From positions 150,532-214,531 of the forward strand of contig CAVPHD010000012.1 of NCBI GenBank assembly GCA_963704165.1: a stretch of DNA of 64,000 nucleotides. The letters are read 5' to 3'. Origin of the DNA: an uncultured delta proteobacterium (GTDB taxonomy: Bacteria > Myxococcota_A > UBA9160 > SZUA-336). Position numbers and translations under genes: made by a program. Of this stretch, positions 46,747 through 56,577 are shown piece by piece. The notes under the pieces are model-generated. The model ran no database searches, was not told the origin of the DNA, and was given only the letters and a program-made list of their open reading frames with translations. How positions within the stretch are numbered: the first letter of the stretch is position 1; each line of letters starts with the position of its first letter.

Positions 46747-46811
46747 CGCGGACGTGCTGGCTCGGCGCGATCACGCCGACGACTCATGTCCATCTTCGCG
46801 GCAGTCGCTTC

Positions 46812-46952
46812 CGTAACTGTTACCGGGGTCCCACCTTTCGGGGCAAGAAACCGAGTGCTGACAAAGGCTTCGGTTGACGAGGCTGTTGCCGCGCGAAATG
46901 ATACCGAGGCGCCGGTCAGGGTGTCCGGTGCAGCACAATATTTGTTGGGCGG
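46812..46952 (+). promoter_or_regulatory. Integron platform copy 2: GTAACTGTTAC palindrome, Pc-like promoter and intact attI core
   Basis: TTGACG(46874)-17 nt-AATGAT; GCAGCACAATATTT-GTTGGGC at 46944, complementary over 12 bp to R'' at 47539-47550. Confidence 0.75.
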
Positions 46953-46967
46953 CGCGATGCGCTCGGG

Positions 46968-47282
46968 TCAGCTGGGAAGGCGGTCTACCCAGTAGCGGGG
47001 TTTTCGACGATCGTGCGCTACCGCGAGGACCTGAACGCGATCGGCGAGCTCGATGTAAACGACCTGGTACGGAAATCGGCGAACGAAGATGCGGCGGATA
47101 TCTCCCGCTTCCACTCCCGGTACCGGAGCTCCGATTCGCGAGTTCGCCTCGATCCTGCTGATCGCAGAATCAACCTCGGCGACAAACTCCATTCCGAGTC
47201 CGATCCGCTGTTCTTCGTACCATCGCGCGGCCTCTGCCAGTTCAGCGTCGGCCTCCTCGCCGATCCAGATCCACTGGCTCAA
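46968..47282 (-). CDS. RelE/ParE-family toxin (inverted cassette)
   Basis: EADAELAEAARWYEEQ..GLG..F, RRFPYQVVY, LAVAHDRRKP. Confidence 0.9.
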   Translation of the reverse strand: MSQWIWIGEEADAELAEAARWYEEQRIGLGMEFVAEVDSAISRIEANSRIGAPVPGVEAGDIRRIFVRRFPYQVVYIELADRVQVLAVAHDRRKPRYWVDRLPS

Positions 47283-47515
47283 CGCTTTGCGAGCCCGCTT
47301 CGGATTCGGTCGCGAACCTCCGGCCAAGGTTTCCCAGGGTCATCACCCGAACGTGAGCGCGCCGCACGGCGCTCGATCTCAGCCGCCCAGGCGGCTTCGA
47401 CGTCCGCATCGCGTGCGCCATCGAGGCTCGCCAACAACTCCGCGGCCAGTTCCGCTCGCTCGGGGAGGTCGAGCTTCAACGCGCTTTCCAAGAGGCGTTC
47501 AGCGGCCTTCGTCAT
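47279..47515 (-). CDS. Addiction-module antitoxin (TIGR02574-like)
   Basis: ALKLDLPERAELAAELLASLD..VEAAWAAEIERR..WPEV. Confidence 0.9.
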   Translation of the reverse strand: MTKAAERLLESALKLDLPERAELAAELLASLDGARDADVEAAWAAEIERRAARSRSGDDPGKPWPEVRDRIRSGLAKR

Positions 47516-47543
47516 GCTGGGCAAGCCTACCCCGAGGAGCGCC

Positions 47544-47671
47544 GCCCAACAAGGCGCTGCACCTGTCCGGCCTGCACGCGCCATCAACGGCGTGGTAGCG
47601 TCGGAGCAAACCGCGCTCAGCCTTTGCCAGCATCGACGGCGGGCCGGCAGGTGAGCGCCAAGCCGTTAGGC
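47544..47671 (+). repeat. attC site, 128 bp
   Basis: GCCCAAC...GCACCTG...CAGGTGAGCG...GTTAGGC. Confidence 0.92.
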
Positions 47672-47689
47672 GGCGGCAAAGAGCATAGT

Positions 47690-48178
47690 TTGGTCTTCTG
47701 GAACCTCCGCAAGCTTCGGGAGTCACTCACGGGTCCGCTGCCACCTAGGGAGCAAGTCTCCTACTTGGTGGGGATCTTTGTCATCTGGGGTCTGCCGATT
47801 CCGACCGCGATCGCACTGGGATCGGCTTCCCAGGACGGTCTTGCTTCTGACCTGGCCGCTCTCGGGATTTCGCTCGTCGGCGTTCTCCACGCATATCGAA
47901 GCAACGGCGGTTCGAGCGGCGAAGAGTTCGCCGTGCGTCTCATCGCGGTCGGATGGGTCGTCGGCGTTCGCTTTACGGTGACGCTCGCCGGATTGTCCCT
48001 TCTCGCTATCTATCCGGGCCTGCCGGTCGCGATCGAGATCGCATCCAAGTTCAACGTCGAAATCGAGCCCAACCAGAACTCCGCGGCAGTGGTGCTCGTG
48101 TACACCGCATTGGCAGTGCAGGCGCTCTACTGGTGGGTCGTCGGCCGTCAGATGCGGAGCATCCACGCCGCCGCCTAA
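47690..48178 (+). CDS. Cassette-borne hypothetical membrane protein
   Basis: About four TM segments; AYRSNGGSSGEEF motif; the TAA stop lies in R'' GCCTAAC. Confidence 0.75.
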   Translation: MVFWNLRKLRESLTGPLPPREQVSYLVGIFVIWGLPIPTAIALGSASQDGLASDLAALGISLVGVLHAYRSNGGSSGEEFAVRLIAVGWVVGVRFTVTLAGLSLLAIYPGLPVAIEIASKFNVEIEPNQNSAAVVLVYTALAVQALYWWVVGRQMRSIHAAA

Positions 48179-48304
48179 CAAGGGCTTGCAGCTGACGAGC
48201 GCCCGCTTCGGTCTGTCCACCAGCTGGGGTGTCTGGCATCATGGTCGCAACATCAACCAACAACGCGTGCCGGGCTCTCGCAGCTGAAGCCCGATACGTT
48301 AGGC
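48173..48304 (+). repeat. attC site, 132 bp (family A)
   Basis: GCCGCCGCCTAAC is the exact complement of the cassette start GTTAGGCGGCGGC; ends GTTAGGC. Confidence 0.93.
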
Positions 48305-48321
48305 AGCACGCCACGCCCCGG

Positions 48322-48350
48322 TTGCTTGCTTGTATATACAGATGTATGCT
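48322..48350 (+). promoter_or_regulatory. BrnT cassette promoter with palindromic operator
   Basis: TTGCTT-17 nt-TATGCT with TGTATATACA palindrome in the spacer; GTG 6 nt downstream. Confidence 0.65.
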
Positions 48351-48356
48351 TGCGGG

Positions 48357-48572
48357 GTGCGCTTCGCGTGGGATCTCCGCAAGAGTGCAGAGAACCTACG
48401 AGTGCGCGGATTCGACTTCGAATTCGCGACCCTGGTCTTCGAGGGTGCCACGCTGGAGCGTCAAGACGAACGCCGGGACTACGGAGAGCATCGAGTTATC
48501 GCGATCGGATTGGCTCAGGGGCTCGCGCTCACCGTCGTCTACACAGATCGGGTCGAGGCCGGCGTTGCGCGG
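48357..48572 (+). pseudogene. brnT: 3'-truncated BrnT-family toxin; brnA absent
   Basis: MRFAWDLRKSAENLRVRGFDF..F...DERRDYGEHRVIAIG..LTVVYTDR, then runs into an attC without the RIISAR end. Confidence 0.8.
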
Positions 48573-48626
48573 ACCCAACAGGGCGTCATCAAACTTGCAT
48601 GCAGTTTGGGAACCACGACGTTAGGC
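48573..48626 (+). repeat. Short attC site, 54 bp
   Basis: ACCCAAC...AAACT(T)GCA/TGCAGTTT hairpin with a bulged base...GTTAGGC. Confidence 0.65.
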
Positions 48627-48642
48627 GGACGACTCAAGAACA

Positions 48643-48897
48643 ATGCAGAATCTCGGATTCGAGACGCTTGTCACTGTCCTCATACCGGGTCTACTGATCT
48701 TCACGGCCCTTGCACTGCTCGGAGACTTTGCCAATCCGGAGCTCGGCCTGACGGAAGTTGCACAAAGGCTTGCTGCAGTGGAGTGGCAGGCGAGCCTCTT
48801 GGCCTTGGTTGCCTCCGCATTTCTTGGCGCGCTTCTGGCTTCGACTCTCGGCTTTGTTGAGGCGTACGTTCTCGAACCGTTCAACGCTTGGCGGTAG
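48643..48897 (+). CDS. Cassette-borne small membrane protein, possibly truncated
   Basis: Two hydrophobic segments; about 140 bp remain before the attC. Confidence 0.55.
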   Translation: MQNLGFETLVTVLIPGLLIFTALALLGDFANPELGLTEVAQRLAAVEWQASLLALVASAFLGALLASTLGFVEAYVLEPFNAWR

Positions 48898-49035
48898 GCG
48901 TCACCGGCCGGAGCATGGCTAACACTCGGAACGGCGTGTACTTGGTGTTTGCGGCGTGGCACGACCTATCGAACTCTGACCCAGTTCAGCACGCCGCTTC
49001 CCATGTGCGGTCGATTCAACAAGCCTGACGTCGCC

Positions 49036-49171
49036 GCCCAGCAAGGCGCTGCAGCAGACGCGGCGCATGTTCCCGGCAGTGGCGGTGCGTGATAGCTTTG
49101 GAGCAACACCATTCGGGCGTAGGCTGGCGTCGGCGGCGGGCGCCGCGCAGCTGAGCGCCTAGTCGTTGGAC
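49036..49171 (+). repeat. attC site, 136 bp, with mutated R'' (AAC to AGC)
   Basis: GCCCAGC-AAGGCGCTGCAGCAGAC...GCAGCTGAGCG...GTTGGAC. Confidence 0.85.
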
Positions 49172-49262
49172 TGCGCGAAGATCGATCCGGGGTGCAGCGC
49201 GAGTCGGCAAGCGACGATGAGCGCGGTATTCTGAGCGCATTGGCTGCAACGCGGAGGAGCCG

Positions 49263-49475
49263 GTGAAGTTCCGCATTCTCATCGAGCCGGACGAAGATGG
49301 AGTCGTTGTCGCGACAGTTCCGTCGCTTCCCGGTTGCGTGTCGCAGGGCGCTACCCGCGAAGAAGCGGTCCGGGACGTCCGCGAAGCGATCGAAGGCTAC
49401 CTCGAGAGCCTTCGCGAACGCGGCGAGCCGATTCCGCCGAGCATTCTCGAAGAAGTGATCGACGTCGCGGTGTGA
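49263..49475 (+). CDS. hicB: HicB-family antitoxin (short form)
   Basis: EPDEDG..A.VPSLPGCVSQGATREEA...REAIEGYLE. Confidence 0.92.
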   Translation: MKFRILIEPDEDGVVVATVPSLPGCVSQGATREEAVRDVREAIEGYLESLRERGEPIPPSILEEVIDVAV

Positions 49476-49698
49476 GCACGCTGCCGAGGCTTTCGGGGCG
49501 TGAGGCCGTCGCCGCATTTCGTCGCCTCGGGTACGAGGTCGATCGTCAGAAGGGAGCCACATCATTCTTCGGAATGCGCGCGCCCCGTATCGGCGCCTGA
49601 CCGTGCCTGACCATCGGGAGCTTGCGAAGGGCACTCTTCGATCCCTCATTCGCGAAGCGGGCATCACGGTGGAGGAGTTCACCGCACTGCTCTCCTGA
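49472..49698 (+). pseudogene. hicA: HicA-family toxin with a 1-nt deletion in the QKGSH motif
   Basis: LPRLSGREAV..F.RLGY..DRQKG, then SHIIL..RLTVPDHRELAKGTLRSLIREAG in a shifted frame; G-run at 49552-49554. Confidence 0.85.
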
Positions 49699-49710
49699 AG
49701 CCGGCGCGCA

Positions 49711-49842
49711 GGCCAACAAGGGCTTGCAGCTGACGAGCGCCCGCTTTGGTCTGTCCACCACCGGACGCGTCTGGCATCATCGTCGCATCGTCAACCAACG
49801 ACGCGGCGCGGGCTCTCGCGGCCGAATCCCGATCCGTTTGGT
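49711..49842 (+). repeat. attC site, 132 bp (family A)
   Basis: CGCGCAGGCCAAC is 12/13 complementary to GTTGGACTGCGCG; ends GTTTGGT. Confidence 0.88.
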
Positions 49843-49852
49843 GGAGTAGGGG

Positions 49853-50212
49853 ATGATCTCACAGCGCAACAGCCTGAAGATCGCGCTCTGGGTCGCCATT
49901 GTCGGTCTGGTCCTCGCCGTCATCCCCATCTGGCCCTACGGGTATTACACGCTACTTCGCCTGGTCGTCAGCGGGGTATCGCTGTTCGCTCTCGTCGTTC
50001 TCGGCGCTCAAGATACGTCGCGTACAGTAGGACTCACGGTTGTCACTCTGCTCTTCAATCCATTCATCGCTGTCGAATTGACTCGAACGATTTGGTTACC
50101 CATCGACTTGGGGGTCGCAGCTTGGTTCGGCTACATCGTGACTCAGCAGCTGTCGGCACCTCCATCGAACGACGAACCCCTTCCACGCGGTCCCGGTGCA
50201 GGTTCCACCTAG
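49853..50212 (+). CDS. Cassette-borne DUF6804-like membrane protein
   Basis: WPYGYYTLLR, LFNP, W.PID motifs; residual R'' ATCGAAC at 50164-50170. Confidence 0.75.
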   Translation: MISQRNSLKIALWVAIVGLVLAVIPIWPYGYYTLLRLVVSGVSLFALVVLGAQDTSRTVGLTVVTLLFNPFIAVELTRTIWLPIDLGVAAWFGYIVTQQLSAPPSNDEPLPRGPGAGST

Positions 50213-50263
50213 CACTCATCAGGCCCGGTGGCGTCAAGTGACGAGGATCATCCGCCCGCCGCG

Positions 50264-50608
50264 CTACCGCTTCGTCGAGTGACCGATCCGAAGTAGGTGG
50301 CCGTTCGGGTCGCGGATGCTGAACTCGCGGATGCCCCAGGGTTGGGTGGCGATCGGGTCGACGATCGGGACGTCGTGCTCGCGGCAGACGGCGTGGACGA
50401 AGTCGGCGTCGTCGACGAGGACGCAGCAGGTCGAGGGCGTGCGGGGCTCGGGGGACTTCGCGAAGAAGAGCTCGGCGGCGCCCGCGCGCACGGCGCCGAA
50501 GCCGTCGCCGCGGGTCCACGCGATCTCGAGGCCGAGCACGTCGCGGTACCAGGCCTGCGTCGCGGCGACGTCGGCGACGGGAAGCTGCGGGATCACCATT
50601 CGCCACAT
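50264..50608 (-). CDS. VOC/glyoxalase/bleomycin-resistance family protein
   Basis: P.LPVADVAAT.AWYRDVLG, PWGIREFSIRDPNGH. Confidence 0.9.
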   Translation of the reverse strand: MWRMVIPQLPVADVAATQAWYRDVLGLEIAWTRGDGFGAVRAGAAELFFAKSPEPRTPSTCCVLVDDADFVHAVCREHDVPIVDPIATQPWGIREFSIRDPNGHLLRIGHSTKR

Positions 50609-50640
50609 GGAATGAGTATCGGCCGATCGGGCGCCGGGGC

Positions 50641-51438
50641 TCAGAGCGCGCCGGGCGGGACCGCGATTCGGGTCGGCACGCCCTGCCGCTCGATCAGGAC
50701 TTCTCCGCCGGCGCGCGGATCGAGCGCGCGGAGCGCGTCGAAGGCGCGCGGGGTGTTGTCGACCTTCACGCCCGCGACCGAGATGACGACGTCGCCGCTG
50801 CGCAGGCCGATCCGCTCGAGCGTGCTGTCGGGACGGACGTCCATCAGCGCCACGCCGCGAAGTTTTCCGGACGCGTCCTGCACCGGCGCGTAGCGCGCCT
50901 GGCCCGAGAGCGTGACGAGGAGCTGCTCGGCGCTCGCGGCGGCGGGCGCGTCGTCCTCGAACGCGGCGCTTGCGGGGACTTCGCTCGCGTTTGGCCCGCG
51001 TGCCGCGCGTGCGCTCGCGCTCACGCGCGCGCGAGCCGGGGGTCGGGCGGCGGGCGAGTCGGGATCGATCGCGTCGCGCGGATCCGAAGCGCCTCGACTC
51101 GGAGCGGACGCCGAAGTCGCGGCGTTCCCCGACCCACGTGCCGTCGAAGCCGAAGCCGTGCCGGCCAATGCGAGCCGCTCGAGCCGACCGGAGAGCGCGA
51201 GCACGACCCCGTCCTTGCGGATCTCCTCGACGCGCGCGCCGCCGATCTCGTCGCCCGCGCGCACGACCGAGATCACGCCGGAGCTGTCGATCACCGCGAT
51301 CGAGCGCTCGGGCTGCGGCGAGACGACGGTGCCGACGAGGTGCAGCGGAAGCCGCGTCTCGGGAAGCGGCGGCTCGGCTCCCGCGCGAAACGCGAGTGCG
51401 GCGACGAGCACGAGAATCGCCGAGAACTCACGCACCAT
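50641..51438 (-). CDS. gspC: GspC-like protein (HR domain plus PDZ)
   Basis: LPLHLVGTVV..SIAVI, GDEIGGARVEEI..D.V.L HR domain; GLRSGDVVISVAG PDZ. Confidence 0.8.
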   Translation of the reverse strand: MVREFSAILVLVAALAFRAGAEPPLPETRLPLHLVGTVVSPQPERSIAVIDSSGVISVVRAGDEIGGARVEEIRKDGVVLALSGRLERLALAGTASASTARGSGNAATSASAPSRGASDPRDAIDPDSPAARPPARARVSASARAARGPNASEVPASAAFEDDAPAAASAEQLLVTLSGQARYAPVQDASGKLRGVALMDVRPDSTLERIGLRSGDVVISVAGVKVDNTPRAFDALRALDPRAGGEVLIERQGVPTRIAVPPGAL

Positions 51439-53143
51439 CGCGCCCCCCCGCTTCGATCGCCTCGATCAGGATATCGGCCGTGATCAGCTCGGGCAGGACG
51501 TGCGGCGCGTCGGGCGCGTCTGGAAACCAGAGCACGTAGAGCGGCACGCCGGCCCGGCCGAAGCGCGCGAGCTCGCGGCGGATCGACTCGTCGCGGCGCG
51601 TCCAGTCGGCCTTCAACACGGCGAAGTGTCGGCGCGCGAGCTCGGCCTTCACGCGCGCGCTCGCGAGCACGATGCGCTCGTTCGCCTTGCAGGTCAGGCA
51701 CCAATCGGCGGTGAACTCGACGAAGACCGGGCGGCCGTCGCGAAGGTGCGCTTCGACCGCGTCGGGCGAGTACGACGATGCGCTCGCGGCCGAATCCGAA
51801 GGCGAACCGAGATCGGCGGCGTCCGCCCACGAGAGCGGCCGCAGAGAGAAGAGCGCCGCCAGCACCAGCGAGCCCGCGATGACGAGCCCGCGGCCGCTTC
51901 GCTCGGCCGACTGGAGCACGCCGAAGACCCAGGCCGCGAACGCGAGCGCGAGCATGAGACCGAGCGCCGACGCCAGCGCGTCGATCCCGGTGAGCCGGCC
52001 GAAGATCCAGAGCAGCCAGGCGGCGCTCGCGAGCAGCGCGAAGCCGAGCACGACGCGGAGCTTCCCCATCCACGCGCCGGAGCGCGGCAGGAAACGCGCG
52101 AGTCCGGGAACGAGCGCCACGCAGGCGAGCGGCAGCGCGAGACCGATGCCGAGCGCGGCGAAGATCGCGAGCGTCTCGACGGCTCCGCTCGCGAACGCGA
52201 CGCCGACGGCGGTGCCGAGAAACGGCGCCGAGCACGGCGTGGCGAGCGCCACGGCGAGCAGCCCGTCGAAGAACGATCGGCTCGCGCCCGCGGCGTTCGC
52301 GCCGACGCTCGCCAGACCCGCCGGCGCGGCGACGTCGAAGACACCGAAGAGGTTCAGCGCCAGCACGACCAGGAGCCCCGCGATCGCGAGCGAGTAGGCG
52401 GGCTCCTGGAACTGGAACCCCCAGCCGACGGCGGTTCCCGCGCCGCGAAGCGCGATCACGAGCGTGGCCAGCGCGAGCATCGTGACGAGCACGCCGGCAA
52501 GGTAACCGGCTCCGTGCGCGAGCACCTCGCGCCGGCCTCGGCCCGCGAGGTCGGCGAGCGCGAACGCCTTGAGCGCGAGCACCGGCAGCACGCACGGCAT
52601 CAGGTTCAGCAGCATCCCGCCGAGCAGCGCGAGCGCGAGCACGCGCGCGAGCGGCGGGCTCGGAGGAGTGGATCCGCCGAACGCCGCGGCCAGGTCGCGC
52701 TCGAGCGCGATCCGGCCCGGGACGCAGACGTTGCTGCACGCGAGGAAGCGCACGTCGGCGCGCGCCATCCGCGCGCTCGCGCGCCAGGGACCGAGCTCGA
52801 GCGGGGCCGCGAGCAGCACGGTTCCCGCGTAGCCCGTGCTCGTGACGCCGACCTCGGCATCGGCGAAGGCGACGGGCTCGGGGTACTCGGTCGGGCCGAC
52901 GCGCGCGCCATCGACCGCCCATTCGACCCGCGTCGGCAGGCCGACCTCGCCGACCTCGGCGCCGTAGATGTGCCAGCCGGAATCGATCGCGAGCCGGACG
53001 CCGAGCCGCGGCGCATCGCCGCTCTCGAGCACGATCTCGCCGCGCACCGGCAGCGGCTCGAGCTCCGGCTCCGCGCGGCCGAACGTGGGCGCCGCGCACA
53101 CGAGCGCCAGGGTCGCCACGGCGAGGATCGGCTTCGCTCCCAT
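51428..53143 (-). CDS. dsbD: DsbD-family protein-disulfide reductase
   Basis: [46 protein letters not shown]. Confidence 0.92.
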   Translation of the reverse strand: MGAKPILAVATLALVCAAPTFGRAEPELEPLPVRGEIVLESGDAPRLGVRLAIDSGWHIYGAEVGEVGLPTRVEWAVDGARVGPTEYPEPVAFADAEVGVTSTGYAGTVLLAAPLELGPWRASARMARADVRFLACSNVCVPGRIALERDLAAAFGGSTPPSPPLARVLALALLGGMLLNLMPCVLPVLALKAFALADLAGRGRREVLAHGAGYLAGVLVTMLALATLVIALRGAGTAVGWGFQFQEPAYSLAIAGLLVVLALNLFGVFDVAAPAGLASVGANAAGASRSFFDGLLAVALATPCSAPFLGTAVGVAFASGAVETLAIFAALGIGLALPLACVALVPGLARFLPRSGAWMGKLRVVLGFALLASAAWLLWIFGRLTGIDALASALGLMLALAFAAWVFGVLQSAERSGRGLVIAGSLVLAALFSLRPLSWADAADLGSPSDSAASASSYSPDAVEAHLRDGRPVFVEFTADWCLTCKANERIVLASARVKAELARRHFAVLKADWTRRDESIRRELARFGRAGVPLYVLWFPDAPDAPHVLPELITADILIEAIEAGGRDGA

Positions 53144-53278
53144 CCAAGAGAGCTTCGGCGTCCGAGCGACCCGGGGCCGTGATCCGCGACCACGCAGCGC
53201 GCACGCAACTCGCGCGCGGAGGTGCCCGAGCGGCGTGTGATTGGTACCCTCGCGCCCGTTCCTCCCGGGGGAGTTTCT

Positions 53279-54589
53279 TTGCCCGTTCCCGAACCCGTAT
53301 CGCCCGCCGAGCTCGCCGAACGCCGGCGCGCGTTCCAGAGCCAGCTCGGCGACGGCGTGGCGCTGGTTCCCGGCGGGAAGTCGCGCACGCGCTCGCACGA
53401 CACGGACTACGTGTTCCGGCAGGACTCGGACCTCTGGTACCTGACCGGCTTCGAGCAGCCCGAAGCGGTCGCGGTGCTGACGAAGGACCGCTTCGTCTTC
53501 TTCGTGCAGCCGCGCGATCCGCTGCTCGAGACCTGGAACGGGCGGCGCCCCGGCACCGAGGGCGCGGTCGCGCGCTTCGCCGCCGACGAGGCGCACCCGA
53601 TCGGCGAGCTCACGGCGAAGCTGCCGGCCCTGATCGAGAACCGCCCGCGCCTCTTCCACACCTTCGGCCACGACCGCGAGCTCGACGATCGCGTCGTCGC
53701 CGCGCTTGCCGACGTGCGCGCACGCGGGCGCCGCGGGGTCACGGCACCGTCCGAGGTGATCTCGCCGCACGCGATCCTGCACGAGATGCGGCTGCGCAAA
53801 TCGACGTACGAGCTCGAGCTGATGCGCGCGGCCGCGGAGATCTCGCGCGAGGCGCACCACGCGGCGGCCGTGCTCGCGGCACCGGGCGCGCGCGAGTACG
53901 AGCTCGAAGCGGCGCTGCTCCACGTCTTCCGGAAACGCGGCGGCACGGGACCGGCCTACAACCCGATCGTCGGCTCGGGCGAGAACGCGACGGTGCTGCA
54001 CTACGTCGAGAACGACGACGTGCTCCGCGCCGGAGAGCTGGTGCTGATCGACGCGGGCGTGGAGCTTCACGGCTACGCGTCCGACGTGACGCGGACGTAC
54101 CCGGTCGGCGGGACGTTCAGCGGCGCGGCGCGCGACGTATACCAGGTCGTGCTCGACGCGCAGCAGGCCGCGTTCGAGGCGATCGTTCCCGGCGTGACGC
54201 TCGCGCAGATGCACGCGGCCGCGCTGCGCCGGCTCGTCGTCGGGCTCGTCGAGCTCCGCGCGCTCGCGGGCGACGTCGACGCGCTGATCGCGAGCGAAGC
54301 GTACAAACCCTTCTACATGCACTCGACCGGGCACCTGCTCGGCCTCGACGTGCACGACGTCGGCAACACCTTCGTCGACGGCAAGCCACGCGCGCTCGAG
54401 CCCGGCATGGTCTTCACCGTCGAGCCGGGGCTGTACTTCAGCGCGACCGAGCCCAAGACGCCCGAGCACCTGCGCGGGATCGGTGTGCGCATCGAGGACG
54501 ACGTCGTCCTCACCGAAGCCGGATTCGAGAACCTGACGTCGGCGATCCCGAAGACGATCGCGGACGTCGAAGCGTGGATGAGGAGCTAG
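53279..54589 (+). CDS. pepP: Xaa-Pro aminopeptidase P
   Basis: [48 protein letters not shown]. Confidence 0.95.
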   Translation: MPVPEPVSPAELAERRRAFQSQLGDGVALVPGGKSRTRSHDTDYVFRQDSDLWYLTGFEQPEAVAVLTKDRFVFFVQPRDPLLETWNGRRPGTEGAVARFAADEAHPIGELTAKLPALIENRPRLFHTFGHDRELDDRVVAALADVRARGRRGVTAPSEVISPHAILHEMRLRKSTYELELMRAAAEISREAHHAAAVLAAPGAREYELEAALLHVFRKRGGTGPAYNPIVGSGENATVLHYVENDDVLRAGELVLIDAGVELHGYASDVTRTYPVGGTFSGAARDVYQVVLDAQQAAFEAIVPGVTLAQMHAAALRRLVVGLVELRALAGDVDALIASEAYKPFYMHSTGHLLGLDVHDVGNTFVDGKPRALEPGMVFTVEPGLYFSATEPKTPEHLRGIGVRIEDDVVLTEAGFENLTSAIPKTIADVEAWMRS

Positions 54590-54597
54590 GCGAGTTC

Positions 54598-56565
<1,968 letters not shown>

Positions 56566-56577
56566 TAGGAGATCGGA

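Larger units (their letters stand above)
42061..50212 (+). mobile_element. Integron cassette region lacking intI (CALIN-like) with two attI/Pc platforms and about 11 cassettes
   Basis: Repeated ..AAC...GTT.. attC sites; for most cassettes the 5' core is complementary to its own R'' box; visibly more AT-rich than the flanks; no tyrosine recombinase in the window. Confidence 0.9.

Noticed and set aside
48330..48860. A 176-aa BrnT fusion protein
   Set aside because: The extension reads through an attC and out of frame across the next cassette gene, an artefact of truncation
43555..49842. Recurrent ~130-bp repeats as a CRISPR array or REP/MITE family
   Set aside because: Spacing is gene-sized, the units have AAC...GTT attC architecture with cassette-end complementarity, and there are no cas genes or target-site duplications
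50264..50608. VOC gene as a further integron cassette
   Set aside because: It has host-like high-GC codons and no flanking attC; the last attC remnant stops at about 50170
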